DNA from: Octopus sinensis
Taxonomy: Eukaryota
Assembly: GCF_006345805.1 (NCBI RefSeq)
Contig: NC_043017.1
Location: 14,508,001 to 14,572,000 of the forward strand
Length of the DNA: 64,000 nucleotides
Direction: 5' to 3'
The notes below the pieces were generated by a model. The model ran no database searches and was not told where the DNA came from. It worked only from the letters and a program-made list of their open reading frames with translations. A program made the translations under genes and the position numbers. Within the stretch, counting starts at the first letter, position 1. Every line of letters begins with the position of its first letter. This document shows, piece by piece, positions 61,011 through 64,000 of the stretch.

Positions 61011-62377
61011 GGCTTTGTATCTAGATTTGAAACCAATAGTGGGGGAGTCCTTAAAATAAAGGCGGTTCTGCAGTTTCTGAGAAGCCATCTAAGGATTTTT
61101 TAACAAAGTAAGTTTGGGAATCATTACCTTCGAGTGTCCATGTAAATCTGCTGGTACACTTGTAAGATGTACAGATGGACTCAGAACTAACTGTTCTGCT
61201 CTTAAGCAAGGTGGATTCCTGATATTTTAAACCAGAACATGCTTAAATTTGATTAGAAATCAAAGCCCTGTTGTTAAAGTAGGGTACATCTAAAATGCAG
61301 GTACTGTCTTTTTATCTGGGTCTCAGAAAAATGAAAGATTTATACTAAAAGCAGATTTATCATTTGTTTTATTTTCTGTATTTTAGCTACATGTTGTCAC
61401 ACTTATAGAAAAGAATCCATTGTACTTGGGGTACAGTTTGTCAGGATGTCTGATATAGCACTCTGCCAAATCACTGGTCAGATGTCCAGATCTACAAATG
61501 TAACAGAATCGTTCTGGGGGTGGATGTCTATATGTTGACCCTTGTGCTTTTCTTCAGTAGTGAGTGTAACTTACAGAAAACCCTTTTGTTGATCAGCCCC
61601 AGGTCAACTCTGACTGAGCAGAACTCTGATCAAAAGCACATTATATAGTAATAAATACAACTTCTTAACAACACGGCTGCAAATCGATGCCTCACACAAA
61701 CATCATCATCATCATCATTTTCCCATGCTTGCAAAAAGCAGATGGAGTTCTATGGCTGGATACCTTTCCTGTCACAAACCCTCATCTCTACTCAAGCAAG
61801 TTAATATTTTTCCATGACCAAATATGTTTTTCCCAAAAGAATGGAAATAAGGTGATGGCAAGATGAGGTGACAAACACACACACACATGCATATATGGTG
61901 GGCTTCTTTCAGTTTCTGTCTACTAACTTTCCTCTCGAAGCTTCAGTTGGCCTGGGGCTAGGTCCGAGGTGCAACATACTGGGAGTGAGCTGAAAATCAT
62001 GAGGGTGTGAAGCAAGTTTCTCAACTACACAGCAGCCTTGCCAAAGCATATTAATCTTGGTTGATACTAATAGCAGCCAAACCTCTTTCAAATCTTGCTT
62101 TGCTATCTTTAAAATGAAGGACAGAGTGGAGACAACATAGATTCAAGTGGAATATTTTGTGTTGTTGAGAATGTGTCTATCTGATTAATGCTGGTGCCAC
62201 AAGAAAATGTTGCCAGAATCTTTTGTAAAGTAGTCAGTGTTAAGAAGGACATTCTACCATAAAAGTCAACCAAGAATGAAATGTAAGTGTAACCTGTTGC
62301 GGAAGGCAGTAAATCAAGATCAGCCTTGAGCTGTTAGTGACTTGCTTGACCAATGCTAGCAGGAGGGGCAGATAGAT

Positions 62378-62848
62378 CATCATCATCATCATCGTCATCA
62401 TCGTTTAACATTCGCTTTCTATGCTAGCATGGGTTGGACGATTTGACTGAGGTCTGGTGAACCAGATGCCTGCACCAGACTCCAATCTGATCTGGCAGAG
62501 TTTCTACGGCTGGATGCCCTTCCTAACGCCAACCACTCTGAGAGTGTAGTGGATGCTTTTACATGCCGCTGGCACGAGGGCCAGTCAGGCGGTACTGGCA
62601 ATGGCCACTCTCAAGTAGTGCTTTTTATGTGTCACCTGCACAGAAGTCAGTCCAGCGGCACTGGCACCGACCTCGCTCCAATGTTTTATCACGTGCCACC
62701 AGCACAAGTGCTAGTAAGGCGACGCAGGTAATGATCACACTCGAATGGTGTGCTTAACATGTGCCATCGGCATGATGGCCAGCTTGTTGCTCTGGCAATG
62801 ATCATGCTCGTATGGTACTCTTAGCACAGATGCCAGTCATCGAATTTG
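62378..62848 (-). mobile_element. RTE subfamily A 3' UTR
   Basis: catcatcgtttaacattcgctttctatgctagcatgggttggacg...; reverse complement of 37750-38110. Confidence 0.9.
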
Positions 62849-63289
62849 ATATGATGATGATGATGATGATGATGATGAAAGGATCAGGGATGGGGTTGTT
62901 AAACAAGACAAGGATAGAGTAATTCTATGACCAAAGTTCCAAAGGAATCACAGCAAGAGATTCCAACGGTTTTCTTCTAACAGTAATGGCTGGCAGTTGC
63001 TCAAATGGCATCATAGCCAAATCTCCCTCAAGTTACACTGTACTACCTTAAAAACTGAGTAGATACATGTTGTCTATGATACTTTATCGAAAAGGCTGGA
63101 TAGTCATAGTTGGATTGCCTTTAATTATGGGTCTGTTGTAGCTAAACCAAAACAACAAGTATAAAAAAAAACACCCAAAATATTTTCTATATTTCTTTTT
63201 GGATTTTGTCTCTTTTTGGTCTGTTTCAGTTCCTGGCATTGATTGAGGAGGCTGTAAAACTGATTAACTTGCTTAAGATATTGAGTAAG

Positions 63290-63314
63290 AGAGAGAGGGA
63301 GAGAGAGAGAGGGT

Positions 63315-63346
<32 letters not shown>

Positions 63347-63470
63347 GAGAGAGAGAGGGAGAGAGAGAGGAGAGGGAGAGAGAGAGAGGGAGAGAGAGAG
63401 GGAGAGAGAGATGAGTTGGATCAGAGATTCATCTCTCACTCTCTAAAAGAGAGAGAGAGAGAGAGTGAGA

Positions 63471-63527
<57 letters not shown>

Positions 63528-63540
63528 AAGTGAGAGAGGT
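63290..63540. repeat. (GA)n/(TA)n compound microsatellite
   Basis: Directly visible. Confidence 0.9.
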
Positions 63541-64000
63541 GGAAGAGATGGAAGCAAATAATCCAAGATTCCCGAAGATGTATAGTGAACTGTTCCAAAG
63601 CAAGTATAGATTTCTTGGATCAGAGAGAAAGAGGTGGGTGAGAGGGAGAAAGAGAAAATGGAGAGAGGAAGAGGGGCAGTAAGAGAGAGAAGTTGTAGTA
63701 CTTTAGTTAGTGAGGAGAGTAAGAAAGCAATAAGAGGGAGCAGAGAGAGAGAGAGAGAGAGAGGGGGAAAGAGAGAGTGATTGCATGCTGGTGTTCTAAC
63801 AGCTTATTAACATACATGACGTCATTTGAATCTATTTTTAGACTTCCATTCTCAGTTGTTGAAGGAAACATACCCCCTCCTCCTCCTCCTCCTCCTCCCC
63901 TACAACTTGGGTTGTTTTACAGAAATAACAACAAATTCTGACCTAAAAATCATCCATTGAACCAATGCGGGGAATTAAAAGACACAGACTTAATAATAAT

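Overview
AT-rich, repeat-dominated eukaryotic DNA. The SINE and RTE families present look like those of Octopus (inference from recalled repeat sequences, not from a search). I found no supportable host protein-coding gene, rRNA, true tRNA or CRISPR array, so this is probably intronic or intergenic. Contents: many fragments of two RTE-clade LINE subfamilies, with a C4HC3 PHD finger inserted inside the reverse transcriptase and one fragment duplicated in tandem (1601-bp period); an R4/Dong-like and a HERO/NeSL-like restriction-endonuclease LINE relic; five mariner relics and one rosa-like transposase relic; two non-autonomous Helitrons; MITEs; at least four SINE families; and long TA, GA, CA, AAT and TTC microsatellites. 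The main discovery is five unrelated inverted-repeat elements (about 5.3-5.7, 6.1-6.3, 44.5-44.7, 57.1-57.6 and 58.4-58.8 kb). In each, the arms begin just upstream of a hammerhead-ribozyme-like core (CUGAUGA...GAAA...NUH) and point outward. One carries a tRNA-like Pol III head between its arms, and one is a perfect 132-bp palindrome encoding a complete hammerhead on both strands. They most resemble Penelope-like or retrozyme-type non-autonomous elements. Ribozyme activity is untested and all folds were done by eye.
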